From an uncultured delta proteobacterium (lineage in GTDB: Bacteria > Desulfobacterota > Binatia > UBA9968), in contig CAVXEP010000003.1 of NCBI GenBank assembly GCA_963760795.1, forward strand, positions 128,001 to 192,000: DNA of 64,000 nt, read 5' to 3'. The position numbers and the translations under genes were made by a program. The notes below the pieces were generated by a model that was not told the origin of the DNA, did not search any database, and saw only the letters and a program-made list of their open reading frames with translations. Of the stretch, positions 31,622 to 41,762 are shown piece by piece. Position 1 is the first letter of the stretch. Each line of letters starts with the position of its first letter.

Positions 31622-32140
31622 ATGACGGAGCGAATCAACCCGGCAGCAAGCGCCTGCGCAGACTTGGAAGCGGACCTCGTGCTGCTTCATTACGGCGACT
31701 TGGACGGCGCCGAACGCGCGCGGCTTCAAGCCCATGCCGCCAATTGCGCCGGCTGCTCGGGCTACTTGAACGAACTCGCATCGCTGCTGCCGCTGACGGT
31801 CACAGCCGACACGCCGCCGCAAGAGTTCTGGATGAACTATAACCGTGAGTTGCGCCACAAGATCGACGCCGCGGTTGAAAACAAAACTTGGTGGCAAAAT
31901 TTCACGGCGATTTTCAAACCTGGCTACCTATCCGCCCTCGCCACCGCCGCGGTGGTGGTCCTGGCGCTGACCTTCACCCTCGGTGGCGGCCTGTGGCCCG
32001 CCAAGAACGGCACGCCGGACGTTGAGTTGACTGAAGCTCTCCCGGTGGCGGAGAATTTGGAATTCTTCCGCGCCATGGATGTTTTGGATGAATTGGAACT
32101 GCTCGAAGTCATGGACATCCAAGGCAACACCGCCGCCTAG
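31622..32140 (+). CDS. Zinc-binding anti-sigma factor (zf-HC2) with TM and acidic periplasmic tail
   Basis: HAANCAGC (HxxxCxxC), TM ALATAAVVVLALTF, tail ENLEFFRAMDVLDELELLE. Confidence 0.88.
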   Translation: MTERINPAASACADLEADLVLLHYGDLDGAERARLQAHAANCAGCSGYLNELASLLPLTVTADTPPQEFWMNYNRELRHKIDAAVENKTWWQNFTAIFKPGYLSALATAAVVVLALTFTLGGGLWPAKNGTPDVELTEALPVAENLEFFRAMDVLDELELLEVMDIQGNTAA

Positions 32141-32152
32141 GGAAATCGGCGC

Positions 32153-32404
32153 ATGAATCACCGCACCTGGTTGCCTTTGACGCTATTGCTGGCGGCCGCT
32201 CAGCCGGCACTGGGGGCGACCAAGGAAACCCAGCTGCCGGACAAGGAGATGCTCCAGATCATGGAGTTTTTGCGCGAAATGGAAATGATCAAGCAGATGG
32301 AAATGATGCGCGAATTGAACCATGTCGAGTCGGTCGGCGAACAGGCCAAAAATAGCGTGCCGCCAAAACCGTCGCCGGTGAAAAAGAAGGAGCCCCCCAA
32401 GTGA
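32153..32404 (+). CDS. Small exported Met-rich protein
   Basis: Signal peptide MNHRTWLPLTLLLAAAQPALG; core MLQIMEFLREMEMIKQMEMMREL; GTGA overlap with the next gene. Confidence 0.75.
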   Translation: MNHRTWLPLTLLLAAAQPALGATKETQLPDKEMLQIMEFLREMEMIKQMEMMRELNHVESVGEQAKNSVPPKPSPVKKKEPPK

Positions 32405-33039
32405 AGCTCATTGGCAAAGCAGCGATCGCACTTGGGCTTGCGGCAGCCCTGCTAACCCCGCGGGCATCGAGCCAAGCCGCTCAACCTAGCGCGATGGCCG
32501 CTCAAAGCGAACAGGAATCTGGCGAGCGCTGGGAGAAAATGTCGCCGCAAGAAAAACAAGAAATGCGCGAGCGCTTCCAGCGCTGGAAAAACCTCGATCC
32601 CAAGGAAAAAGCCGACCTACAAGATAAGTTCGACAACTGGCGCAAACTCCCGTCCGACGAGCGGGCCGCCGCCCGGAGAAATTTCGAGCGTTTTCAGAAA
32701 CTCACGCCGGAAGAACGCGAGCGCTTACAAAAACGCTGGGAAGAGTATCGCAAGCTGCCGCCCGAACGGCGTGAAGAGATCAAACGTCGCATGCAGGCAT
32801 TGCGCGACATGTCGCCGGAGAAGCGCCAGGAACTGCGCCAAAAGCTGATGGAGCGGCGCGACCAGCGCGTAGAGGAGAAGTTGGAGCGGCGCGAGAAGAT
32901 GCGCGAGAATTTCGACAAGATGTCGCCCCATGAAAAGCAGGAGCTAAGGGAAAAATTTCGCGAGCGTAAAGACCAGAGCAGGTTCGAAGAAAAGCGGCGC
33001 TTCCGCGAGAAAATGCAAAGTGGCCGCGACAAGGAGTAG
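32401..33039 (+). CDS. DUF3106-like exported helical repeat protein
   Basis: Signal peptide; ~18-aa repeats WEKMSPQEK / WKNLDPKEK / WRKLPSDER / FQKLTPEER / YRKLPPERR. Confidence 0.8.
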   Translation: MKLIGKAAIALGLAAALLTPRASSQAAQPSAMAAQSEQESGERWEKMSPQEKQEMRERFQRWKNLDPKEKADLQDKFDNWRKLPSDERAAARRNFERFQKLTPEERERLQKRWEEYRKLPPERREEIKRRMQALRDMSPEKRQELRQKLMERRDQRVEEKLERREKMRENFDKMSPHEKQELREKFRERKDQSRFEEKRRFREKMQSGRDKE

Positions 33040-33041
33040 CC

Positions 33042-34469
33042 GTGAGCACGCCCCTCAGCCAAGAGCAAAAGATTATCCATTTCCTAAACCGCACGAGCTT
33101 CGGCCCAACTCAGGAAGCTGTCCAAAGGGCCGGCCGAATCGGCATCCGCGCCTATCTTGACGAACAGCTCACGCCGGAACGGATAACGGACAATACCGCC
33201 GACGAAAAAGTCGCGGGGTTGAAAACCATGCGGCTTAACAGCCGCGAGCTGATCGAACTCTATCCACCGCCAAGATTACAAAGGCAGCAAGCCGACCAGC
33301 AGGTCGGAATGGCCATGGAGTCCATGGAAGGCCCTCGCGTCGTCATCCTCGAACTGCAACAGGCCAAGCTTTTGCGCGCGCTTTACAGCAACCGTCAGCT
33401 CTTTGAAGTCATGGTGGATTTCTGGAGCAATCACTTCAACATCTACATCGCCAAGGGCGCCAACCGCTGGCTGACGACAGCCTATGATCGCGATACGATC
33501 CGGCCGCTGGCTTTAGGTAAATTTAAGGATTTGTTGGTGGCAACGGCAAAAAGCCCGGCGATGCTCTTTTACTTGGACAACTGGATGAGCGCCAGTCCGG
33601 ATTCGCCCGGCGCCCAAATGGGCGGGCCGAACAATCGGCGCCGCGGCTTGAACGAGAACTACGCGCGCGAGCTGATGGAGCTCCATACCTTGGGCGTCGA
33701 CGGCGGTTACACGCAAAAAGACGTTCAGGAGGTCGCCCGCTGTTTTACCGGCTGGACGATTGTCCAGCCGCGGGGCCAGGGTGTGTTTCGTTTCGAGCCA
33801 CGCATCCATGACAACGGCGAAAAGACCGTCCTGGGCCAACGCATTCCACGCGGCGGCGGCATGGACGATGGTCTGCGCGTCATCGACATACTGGTCAAGC
33901 ACCCGTCAACGGCGCAGTTCATCGCGACGAAGTTGGTCCGCCGCTTCAGCGCCGACGATCCTCCGCCGGCGATCGTCAACAAAGCCGTCGAGGCGTTTCG
34001 CCAGAGTGACGGCAATATCCCGGCGGTCCTGCGCGCCATCGTCGACGCGCCGGAGTTTTTCGCCCGCGACCTTTATCAGGCCAAGATGAAAAATCCCTTC
34101 GAGTTCGTCGCTAGCGCCCTACGGATTACCGGCAGCGAAGCGCAGGTAACGCACCAACTGCTGCGCTACTTGGGGCGCATGGGCGAACCGCTATTCCTAG
34201 CCCAAGCACCCACCGGCTACCCCGACATCGCGGCCTCGTGGGTCAGCGCCGATATGTTGCTGACGCGCATGAACTTCGTCACCGATCTGGTCGCCAACCG
34301 ATTACCCGGAGCCAAAGTGCCGGCGGAAACGCTGAACAATCGCGACGGGCTGATCCGCCGCATCGCGCCGGATTCGCTATCGCCGGCGACTCAAACTGCT
34401 CTGGCCGAGACCGACGGCAATCAAGCTATTGCGCTGTTGCTAGCGGCGCCGGAATTTCAAAGGAGGTAG
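33042..34469 (+). CDS. DUF1800 family protein
   Basis: HFLNRTSFG, MVDFWSNHFN, SPAMLFYLDN, NENYARELMELHTLG, ends APEFQRR. Confidence 0.93.
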   Translation: MSTPLSQEQKIIHFLNRTSFGPTQEAVQRAGRIGIRAYLDEQLTPERITDNTADEKVAGLKTMRLNSRELIELYPPPRLQRQQADQQVGMAMESMEGPRVVILELQQAKLLRALYSNRQLFEVMVDFWSNHFNIYIAKGANRWLTTAYDRDTIRPLALGKFKDLLVATAKSPAMLFYLDNWMSASPDSPGAQMGGPNNRRRGLNENYARELMELHTLGVDGGYTQKDVQEVARCFTGWTIVQPRGQGVFRFEPRIHDNGEKTVLGQRIPRGGGMDDGLRVIDILVKHPSTAQFIATKLVRRFSADDPPPAIVNKAVEAFRQSDGNIPAVLRAIVDAPEFFARDLYQAKMKNPFEFVASALRITGSEAQVTHQLLRYLGRMGEPLFLAQAPTGYPDIAASWVSADMLLTRMNFVTDLVANRLPGAKVPAETLNNRDGLIRRIAPDSLSPATQTALAETDGNQAIALLLAAPEFQRR

Positions 34470-34471
34470 AA

Positions 34472-35689
34472 ATGAACTCCTCGCGCCGCCATTTTTTACA
34501 ATCCACCGGTTTGGGCTTTCTTGCCCTGGGCTTACCACCGGCGTTTCTCGTCCGCACTGCGCAAGCACAGTCGGCAAAGAACAAATCTCTCGTCGTGGTG
34601 TTTCAGCGCGGCGCCATGGATGGCTTGAACGTGGTCATTCCGTTCAAGGATCCGGCCTATTACCAACTCCGCCCGAGTATCGCCGTGCGCGAACCTGGAT
34701 CGAATGATGAAAGCGCCATCGATCTCGACGGCTTTTATGGAATGCATCCGGCGTTGGCGTCGCTAAAAAGCATCTATGACAAAGGCCATTTGGGTTTTAT
34801 TCAGGCGACCGGTTCGCCCGATAACACGCGTTCCCATTTCGACGCCCAGGACTACATGGAGATCGGCACGCCGGGCATCAAAAGCACGCCGGACGGCTGG
34901 CTCAACCGCTGTTTACTGGAAAGCAGAAAAAACCAATCGCACTTTCGCGGCATCGCCGTTACCGCACAGCTACCACGCATGTTGTCAGGCCGAGCGCCGG
35001 CGCTAACGCTGTCGTCCATCGAGGAGTTTCGCTTCCGCAATGAAGCCCTGGGCAAGGCTTTGCAGAAACTCTACGCCAACACCCAGGACCGCGAGCTCCG
35101 CTTCGGCGCCGAGAGTCTCTTTGGCGCGATGACTGAGCTCAAACGACTCGATGCCAAAATACCGCTCTCGGCGGAACGCTACCCGGCGGGCCGATTTGGC
35201 ACCGGCCTGGCCCAGATCGCCCGCTTGATCAAAGCCGATGTCGGTTTGGAACTCGCTTTCACCGAGATCGGCGGCTGGGATACCCACGCCAACGAGGGTG
35301 GCGCCACCGGCCAGCTGGCCAATCGGCTGAAAGAATTGGCCGAAGGGCTCGCGGCATTTTACCGCGACCTCGGCGACCGCATGGACGATGTCGTGCTGCT
35401 GACGATGTCGGAGTTCGGCCGCACCGCGCGGGAGAATGGCAATCGCGGCACCGACCACGGCCACGCCAACGTGATGTTTGCCATGGGCAGCCGCGTGCGC
35501 GGCGGCAAAGTCTACGGCCGCTGGCCCGGCCTCGCGCCGGAAATCCTTAACGAAGGAAGAGACCTCGCTCTCACCACGGACTTCCGCACGGTCTGCGGCG
35601 AAGTGCTGACACGCCATCTTGGCCAGAAAGACCTGAGCAAAATTTTCCCAGGTTTTAGCGCGAGTACAAAATTGGGATTACTAACCTAG
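34472..35689 (+). CDS. DUF1501 family protein with Tat signal
   Basis: SRRHFL, FQRGAMDGLN, RSHFDAQ, GGWDTH, SEFGRT, GTDHG, WPGL. Confidence 0.93.
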   Translation: MNSSRRHFLQSTGLGFLALGLPPAFLVRTAQAQSAKNKSLVVVFQRGAMDGLNVVIPFKDPAYYQLRPSIAVREPGSNDESAIDLDGFYGMHPALASLKSIYDKGHLGFIQATGSPDNTRSHFDAQDYMEIGTPGIKSTPDGWLNRCLLESRKNQSHFRGIAVTAQLPRMLSGRAPALTLSSIEEFRFRNEALGKALQKLYANTQDRELRFGAESLFGAMTELKRLDAKIPLSAERYPAGRFGTGLAQIARLIKADVGLELAFTEIGGWDTHANEGGATGQLANRLKELAEGLAAFYRDLGDRMDDVVLLTMSEFGRTARENGNRGTDHGHANVMFAMGSRVRGGKVYGRWPGLAPEILNEGRDLALTTDFRTVCGEVLTRHLGQKDLSKIFPGFSASTKLGLLT

Positions 35690-35714
35690 GGGCGCAAGGT
35701 CTTGCGGCGTTTCG

Positions 35715-37534
35715 TCACCCCGGCGCGACGGCGGCAGCCGCCACCGCCGTATCGCGTTCCTGAAAACGATACTGCAAATCGTATAAACGCGCATACAAGC
35801 CGCCGCGCGCCAACAACTCCTCGTGATTGCCCTCTTCCCTGATCTCACCGTTGTGAACGACGAGAATCCGGTTGGCGTGTTTGATCGTCGACAGCCGGTG
35901 CGCGACGATCAGTGCCGTGCGATTTTTCAGCAGTTCGCTCAGCGCTTCTTGAATCAACCCTTCCGTCTGCGTGTCCACCGAGCTTGTCGCCTCGTCGAGA
36001 ATGAGAATTTTCGGGTCGAAGGCGAGCGCTCTGGCGAAAGACAATAACTGGCGCTGCCCCTGCGACAAAGTCGAACCGCGCTCTTGGACTTCTTCATGGA
36101 AGCGCTTGGGCAGCTTGTCGATGAACCGGCGTGATCTGCGCCCGTGCCGCCGCTTCGACCATGGTCTGTTCGCTAATCCGCGGGTCACCCAGTGTAATGT
36201 TGGTCGCGATGTCGCCGGAAAAGAGAAACACATCCTGCAACACCAGACCTAAATGGCGGCGCAGCTCCTGCTTGTTCCACTCCCGGACATCGATGCCGTC
36301 TACGAGAATCTGCCCGCTGTCGACATCGTAGAAGCGGCAGAGGGCGGAGATGATCGACGTCTTGCCGCCGCCGGTGGCGCCCACCAGTGCGATTTTTTCA
36401 CCCGGCCGCACCCGAAAAGAAATATTTCTTCAGCACCGGATCGCCCGGCTGGTAAGAGAGCTGGACGTTTTTGAATTCGACCGCGCCGGCGAACTTTTCA
36501 GCGCGCTTGGGTTGTCCTGGGTTCTTGACCGTCTCCGGTTGATCGAGCAACAGAAAAATCCGTTCCGACGAGGCCATGGCGGCTTGCATGATGTTGTATT
36601 TCTCGGCCAGGTCGCGGATCGGTTGGTACATGCGCTGAATGTACTGGAGGAACGCCACCAGCACGCCGGCTTCGACGGCATGGCCCAAAACCTGAAATCC
36701 GCCGTACCAGAGCAGCAAGCCGACGGAAATCGCGCTGAACACTTCGATGATCGGAAAGAACACGGCGTTGTTGCGAATGCTCTGCAACAAGACATCGCGA
36801 TAGTTGAGGTTGATCTGTTGAAAGCGCCGGTACATCCGCTCCTCTTGGCCGAACGCTTGCACCGTCGCCACGCCGGCGATGTTTTCCTGCAAGCCGGCGT
36901 TGAGCCGGCCAAGAATCAGCCGGCTCTGGCGATAGACCTCGCGGGCGCGCCGGCGATAGAAGCGGCTGAGAAAAATAATCACCGGAAACGCCGCCAGGCA
37001 GACCAGCGCCAGTTGCCAGTTGAGCCAAAGCATCACCGCCGCGATCCCGAAAACGATCGAGACATCGCCGAGAAGACCGACGACGCCGGTGCTGAATAGT
37101 TCGTTCAGCGTCTCGACATCGTTGATCGTCCGGGTCATCAGCCGGCCAACGGCGTTGCGATCGAAATAGGCCAGGTCCTGCTTTTGTAAATGGCTGAAGA
37201 TCTCCAGACGCAGATCATGCATCGCGCGCTGGCCGATATACTCGGTGGTGTAGGTCTGGATAAACAACACGACAAAGCCGCACAGGACGACCCCGAGATA
37301 GGCCAACGCCATCAAATCGAGGCCGGGAATATCTCCGGTGGCGACATACCGGTCGATGGCAATCTTGGTGATATAGGGACCGAGTAGCTGCGTGCCGGTC
37401 TGCAGCAACAAAAAGACAAACGCCACCGCGAGTAGCTTCCAGTAGGGCCGCAGGTAGCGCAGGATGCGCGCCATCAAGCGCGCGTCGTAGGCCTTGCCGA
37501 GAATCTCCTCATCGGGAAGCTGCGCGCCGATCAT
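35715..37534 (-). CDS. ABC exporter fused TMD-NBD, subunit B (MdlB-like), frameshifted
   Basis: [60 protein letters not shown]. Confidence 0.9.
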
Positions 37535-39306
37535 CGCTGCCCATCCTCAAGCATCAAGCTGGCGACTTCCCGTTCCAAGCTCTGGCGCCGGTACAAGCTG
37601 AAATAAGCGCCGCGCTGCGCCAGGAGTTCGTCATGAGTACCCTGCTCGATGATCTCACCGCCGCGCAGGTAGATGATCATGTCGGCGTCGCGCACCGTCG
37701 AGATCCGGTGGGAAATCAAAAGTGTGGTCCGGCCGCGCATGAACTGTTTGAGCTCGCGCAGAATCTCTTCTTCAGTCTCGACATCGACGCTGGAAAAAGC
37801 GTCGTCAAGAATCAGAATCGGCGGATTTTTGATCAACGCCCGCGCCAGCGCGGTGCGCTGCTTCTGTCCGCCCGACAGGCGCACGCCGCGCTCGCCGATG
37901 ATGGTGTCGAAGCCGGCGCCAAAAGACTCGATGGCCGGCAGCAATTGGGCGATCCGCGACGCCTCTTCGACGCGCGCCAACGCGCCATTCTCGACGCCCA
38001 GTAAAATATTTTCCCGCACCGATCCCGAGAAAAGAAAAATATCCTGCGAGACGTAGCCGACGGCGTCCTCCAGCTGGCGTAACGGCATCTGGCGAATATC
38101 GATACCATCGATGAGAATCGAATTCTCTGCCGGCTCATAAAGCCGCAGCATAAGATTGACCAGCGTGCTCTTGCCCGATCCGGTCTCGCCGATGATGCCG
38201 CAGACCTTGCCGGCGGCAACATGCAAATTAATATTGCGCAGCTCCGCCGCTTGGCCGGTGCCGTAGGCGAAAGTCAAATTGCGCAACTCAATATCGCCAC
38301 GCACGGCCGGTGGCGTCGCGAAACTCGCGGGACTGGCATAGCGCGCGCCGACCGGCGTATCCAGAACTTCGGCAATGCGCGTCAACGCCGCTGTGCCGCG
38401 CTGATATTGATTGGCGGTATAGCCGATCGCCATGAGCGGCCAGGTAAGCATCGCCAGATAGCCGTTGAAAGCGACGTATTCGCCCAGGCTCATGGTTCCC
38501 GCCAATACTTGGCGCCCGCCGAGCCAGAGCACGATGGTCGCGGCGATGCCGGCGTGGACCTGCATGAGCGGCCAGAATATCCCCCACAGCGTCGCCAGCC
38601 ACATGGTCTTCTTCCGGTACTCGGAGCTGATGCGATCAAAGCCGCGGATTTGATTTTCTTCCTGAGCGTAAGCTTGAACGACCCGGATGCCGGAAAAGTT
38701 CTCCAGCGTGTAGGCGCTCATCTCGCTCAGTTGATCCTGGGTCGCGCGCGACCAGCGGAAAATATGCCGGCCGAAGAAGCGCACGACGATCGGTATGAAC
38801 GGCATCGCCATCATCGACCACAAGGTCAACCAAGGATCGATGGCGATCATCAGCGTCAAACTGAAAAAAATCACCACCAGCGCATCGACGATCGCCAGCG
38901 AGCCGAATCCCATGAGCTCGCGCACCGCATGGATGTCGTTGGTCAGGCGCGACATCAGGTCGCCGATCTTGTTGTACTGAAAATAACTGAGCGGCAGCTT
39001 CTGCAGATGGGCAAACACCACATCGCGCAAATCGGCCTCGCAGCGGCGCGAGAAGCCATGAATATTGATGCGCCAACAGTAGCGGAAAAACCCTTGCAGC
39101 GAAGCCGCGCCAAGTATCAGCAGCGGGTAACTCAGCAGCGAAACGTTGCCATCCTTGGCGCGCAACGCCGTGTCGATGCCGCCCTTGATCAACCACGGCA
39201 AGGCGATGCCGGCAAGATCGGTGGCGATCAGGGAAACAACGCCGAGCAGGAGCAGCCGGCGGTAGCGGTCAACGAGAAACTTGACCCGGTGGTAGTAGCG
39301 AAGAAT
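37531..39306 (-). CDS. ABC exporter fused TMD-NBD, subunit A (MdlA-like)
   Basis: GDLMSRLTND, GETGSGKST, LSGGQKQR, degenerate Walker B ILDDAFSSVD; frame stays open upstream of the TTG to an ATT at 39306. Confidence 0.9.
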   Translation of the reverse strand: MLRYYHRVKFLVDRYRRLLLLGVVSLIATDLAGIALPWLIKGGIDTALRAKDGNVSLLSYPLLILGAASLQGFFRYCWRINIHGFSRRCEADLRDVVFAHLQKLPLSYFQYNKIGDLMSRLTNDIHAVRELMGFGSLAIVDALVVIFFSLTLMIAIDPWLTLWSMMAMPFIPIVVRFFGRHIFRWSRATQDQLSEMSAYTLENFSGIRVVQAYAQEENQIRGFDRISSEYRKKTMWLATLWGIFWPLMQVHAGIAATIVLWLGGRQVLAGTMSLGEYVAFNGYLAMLTWPLMAIGYTANQYQRGTAALTRIAEVLDTPVGARYASPASFATPPAVRGDIELRNLTFAYGTGQAAELRNINLHVAAGKVCGIIGETGSGKSTLVNLMLRLYEPAENSILIDGIDIRQMPLRQLEDAVGYVSQDIFLFSGSVRENILLGVENGALARVEEASRIAQLLPAIESFGAGFDTIIGERGVRLSGGQKQRTALARALIKNPPILILDDAFSSVDVETEEEILRELKQFMRGRTTLLISHRISTVRDADMIIYLRGGEIIEQGTHDELLAQRGAYFSLYRRQSLEREVASLMLEDGQR

Positions 39307-39347
39307 CTCTCTATCCTTTGGTTCGCGGTCTGCGTGCGCAAACGAAG

Positions 39348-39373
39348 AGGGCGGGTTTCAAACCCGCCCCTAC
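39348..39373. repeat. GTAG-type REP palindrome
   Basis: Minus strand GTAGGGGCGGGTTTGAAACCCGCCCT. Confidence 0.8.
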
Positions 39374-39376
39374 GAA

Positions 39377-39416
39377 TCCCAACTCTGCGCCCTTTGCGCT
39401 CTTTGCGACCATTCTT
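39377..39416. repeat. Intergenic interspersed repeat (TTTGCG-type), copy 2
   Basis: TCCCAACTCTGCGCCCTTTGCGCTCTTTGCGACCATTCT matches 5561-5600. Confidence 0.7.
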
Positions 39417-39447
39417 CTTTTCGGTTGCACCTATGTCGCGCTAGGTT

Positions 39448-40833
39448 TTAATCTCGCGTGACGCCAAGCTCGCCATGCACGCTCGCCCACCCGCCGTCCA
39501 TGAGTTTTTCCATGACTGCGGTCAGTGACGCAAGCGCCACGCGAATCTGCTGCATGTTGTCGCGGTCGCGAATCGTTACTTTGCCGTCGGCGGCGGCCTT
39601 GTCATCGCCGACGGTTTGGACGTCGACGGTGACGCAGAACGGCGTGCCGACTTCGTCTTGGCGGCGGTAGAGTCTGCCGATGGATGCCGTGTCGTCGTAC
39701 ACCGAATGCCAACGCTTGCGCAGATCGGCGCACAGCTTATGCGCGGTCTCGACGATCTGTGGGTTCTTCTTCAAGAGCGGCAGAACCGCGATTTTGATCG
39801 GCGCCAGCTCGGGATGAAAGTTCAGAACCACGCGCTTCTCCCCCTTCACTTCGTCCTCGCGATAAGCATCGACGAGGAACGCCAAGGTGCCGCGGTCGGC
39901 GCCAGCCGACGGCTCGATGACGAAGGGAACTATTTTTTGCTTGCTCTCTTCGTCGAAGTATTCCAGCGTCTTGCCGCTGAACTGGGCGTGCTGCTTCAAG
40001 TCGAAGTCGGTGCGGTTGGCGACTCCCTCCAGTTCGCTCCAACCCATTGGGAAAAGATATTCGATGTCGGCTGTGCGTTTGGCGTAATGCGCCAGCTCAT
40101 CTTTCTCATGTTCGCGCAGCCGTAAGTTCTCCTTGCGAATGCCGTACTTCGGATACCAGGCGAAGCGCTCGTCGAGCCAGCGCTGGTGCCAGTCTTCGTC
40201 GGTCCCCGGCATGACGAAAAATTCAATTTCCATCTGCTCGAACTCGCGGGTGCGAAAAGTAAAATTGCCGGGCGTGATCTCGTTGCGGAAGGACTTACCG
40301 ATCTGGGCGATGCCGAAGGGCAGCTTCAAACGCATCGATTGCTGGACATTTTCAAAATTGACGAAAATCCCCTGGGCGGTCTCCGGCCGCAGATAGGCGA
40401 CCGCGGCATCATCCTCCACCGGCCCCATGAAAGTCTTGAACATTAAATTGAACATGCGCGGTTCGGTGAGCTGGCAAGCGTCGTGCTGCCCTGGCTGTTT
40501 CGACGGCTTTTGCGGGCAACGCGCGTCCTCAAGTTTATCGGCACGAAAGCGCCCTTTGCAAAGTTTGCAGTCGACCATCGGATCGGTGAAGTGCTCCAAA
40601 TGGCCGCTCGCCTGCCAGACCCGCGGATGCATTAGAATCGACGCATCGAGCCCGACCATGTCGCCGCGGCTGTGCACGCAATCGCGCCACCAAGCGCGCT
40701 TGACGTTGTTCTTGAGCTCGACTCCGAGCGGCCCATAGTCCCAACAAGAGCCGGTGCCGCCATAAATCTCACTCGACTGAAAAATAAACCCGCGCCGCTT
40801 GCACAGCGACACGATCTTGTCCATTTCGACCAT
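39448..40833 (-). CDS. glyQS: Glycine--tRNA ligase, alpha2 (homodimeric) type
   Basis: [55 protein letters not shown]. Confidence 0.96.
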   Translation of the reverse strand: MVEMDKIVSLCKRRGFIFQSSEIYGGTGSCWDYGPLGVELKNNVKRAWWRDCVHSRGDMVGLDASILMHPRVWQASGHLEHFTDPMVDCKLCKGRFRADKLEDARCPQKPSKQPGQHDACQLTEPRMFNLMFKTFMGPVEDDAAVAYLRPETAQGIFVNFENVQQSMRLKLPFGIAQIGKSFRNEITPGNFTFRTREFEQMEIEFFVMPGTDEDWHQRWLDERFAWYPKYGIRKENLRLREHEKDELAHYAKRTADIEYLFPMGWSELEGVANRTDFDLKQHAQFSGKTLEYFDEESKQKIVPFVIEPSAGADRGTLAFLVDAYREDEVKGEKRVVLNFHPELAPIKIAVLPLLKKNPQIVETAHKLCADLRKRWHSVYDDTASIGRLYRRQDEVGTPFCVTVDVQTVGDDKAAADGKVTIRDRDNMQQIRVALASLTAVMEKLMDGGWASVHGELGVTRD

Positions 40834-40864
40834 TAAAAAATCCTATCTAGAGATGAATGGTATT

Positions 40865-40893
40865 ACTCTAAGGGATGCAACAAAGAGAGTCAA
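40865..40893 (-). promoter_or_regulatory. Sigma70 promoter of glyQS
   Basis: TTGACT-N17-TAGAGT about 30 nt upstream of the ATG. Confidence 0.55.
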
Positions 40894-40958
40894 AAAGCGG
40901 CAAAAACCGGTTCGTGGGGGTTAATACTGCGCAATCGTGATACCGCAGCCGCTGCGAA

Positions 40959-41762
40959 CTACCAGCTCAGCATATCCTGCATCCCGTACAATCCGGGCTT
41001 TTGCCGCGCCAACCATTGCGCCGCGCGGATGGCGCCGTGGGCGAAGGTGTCGCGGCTGTGGGCGCGATGGATAAATTCAAGCCGCTCGCCGATACCGCCA
41101 AAAATAACCGTATGCTCGCCGACGATATCACCGGCGCGAACCGACAAGAGAGCTATTTCTTTTTTGCCGCGCGCGCCGACCATGCCCTTGCGGCCGTTGA
41201 TGCCGACTTTGTTCAATTCGCGATTGAGCGCATTGGCGACCGAGCGGCCGAGCGCCAAGGCCGTGCCGCTGGGCGCGTCTTTCTTGAAGCGGTGATGCGC
41301 TTCGACGATCTCCACGTCATAGTCGTCGCCAAGCATCTTCGCGGCTTTGCCTAAAAGCGCAACCAAGACATTCACACCCAAACTGGTGTTCGCCGACAAT
41401 AATGTCGGAGTTCGCTGGGCAAGCCGCTTGATAGCTCCCAACTGTTTGGCATCGAAGCCGGTGGTCGCTATGACAATGGGGATGTGTAGCTTCGCCGCGG
41501 CTTTTAGATAACCGAGGGAAGCTTCCGGATTGGTGAAATCGATGATCACTGAGTTGGGTTTGAGCGCAGGTGCAATCTGTTCGCTGACGGTCACGCCAAG
41601 CTTGCTAATACCGGAGATTTCCCCGGCATCCTTGCCGATGCGCTTGCTCTTAGGTCTATCGATGGCGGCAACGACTTCGATTTCAGCGGACTGCTGCGCC
41701 GCGCGGATCACCGCGCCGCCCATGCGCCCGCCGACTCCACAGACGATAATTCCCAGTGCCAT
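40959..41762 (-). CDS. dapB: 4-hydroxy-tetrahydrodipicolinate reductase
   Basis: GVGGRMG, IDFT, EAHHRFKKDAPSGTA, RAGDIVGEH. Confidence 0.96.
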   Translation of the reverse strand: MALGIIVCGVGGRMGGAVIRAAQQSAEIEVVAAIDRPKSKRIGKDAGEISGISKLGVTVSEQIAPALKPNSVIIDFTNPEASLGYLKAAAKLHIPIVIATTGFDAKQLGAIKRLAQRTPTLLSANTSLGVNVLVALLGKAAKMLGDDYDVEIVEAHHRFKKDAPSGTALALGRSVANALNRELNKVGINGRKGMVGARGKKEIALLSVRAGDIVGEHTVIFGGIGERLEFIHRAHSRDTFAHGAIRAAQWLARQKPGLYGMQDMLSW

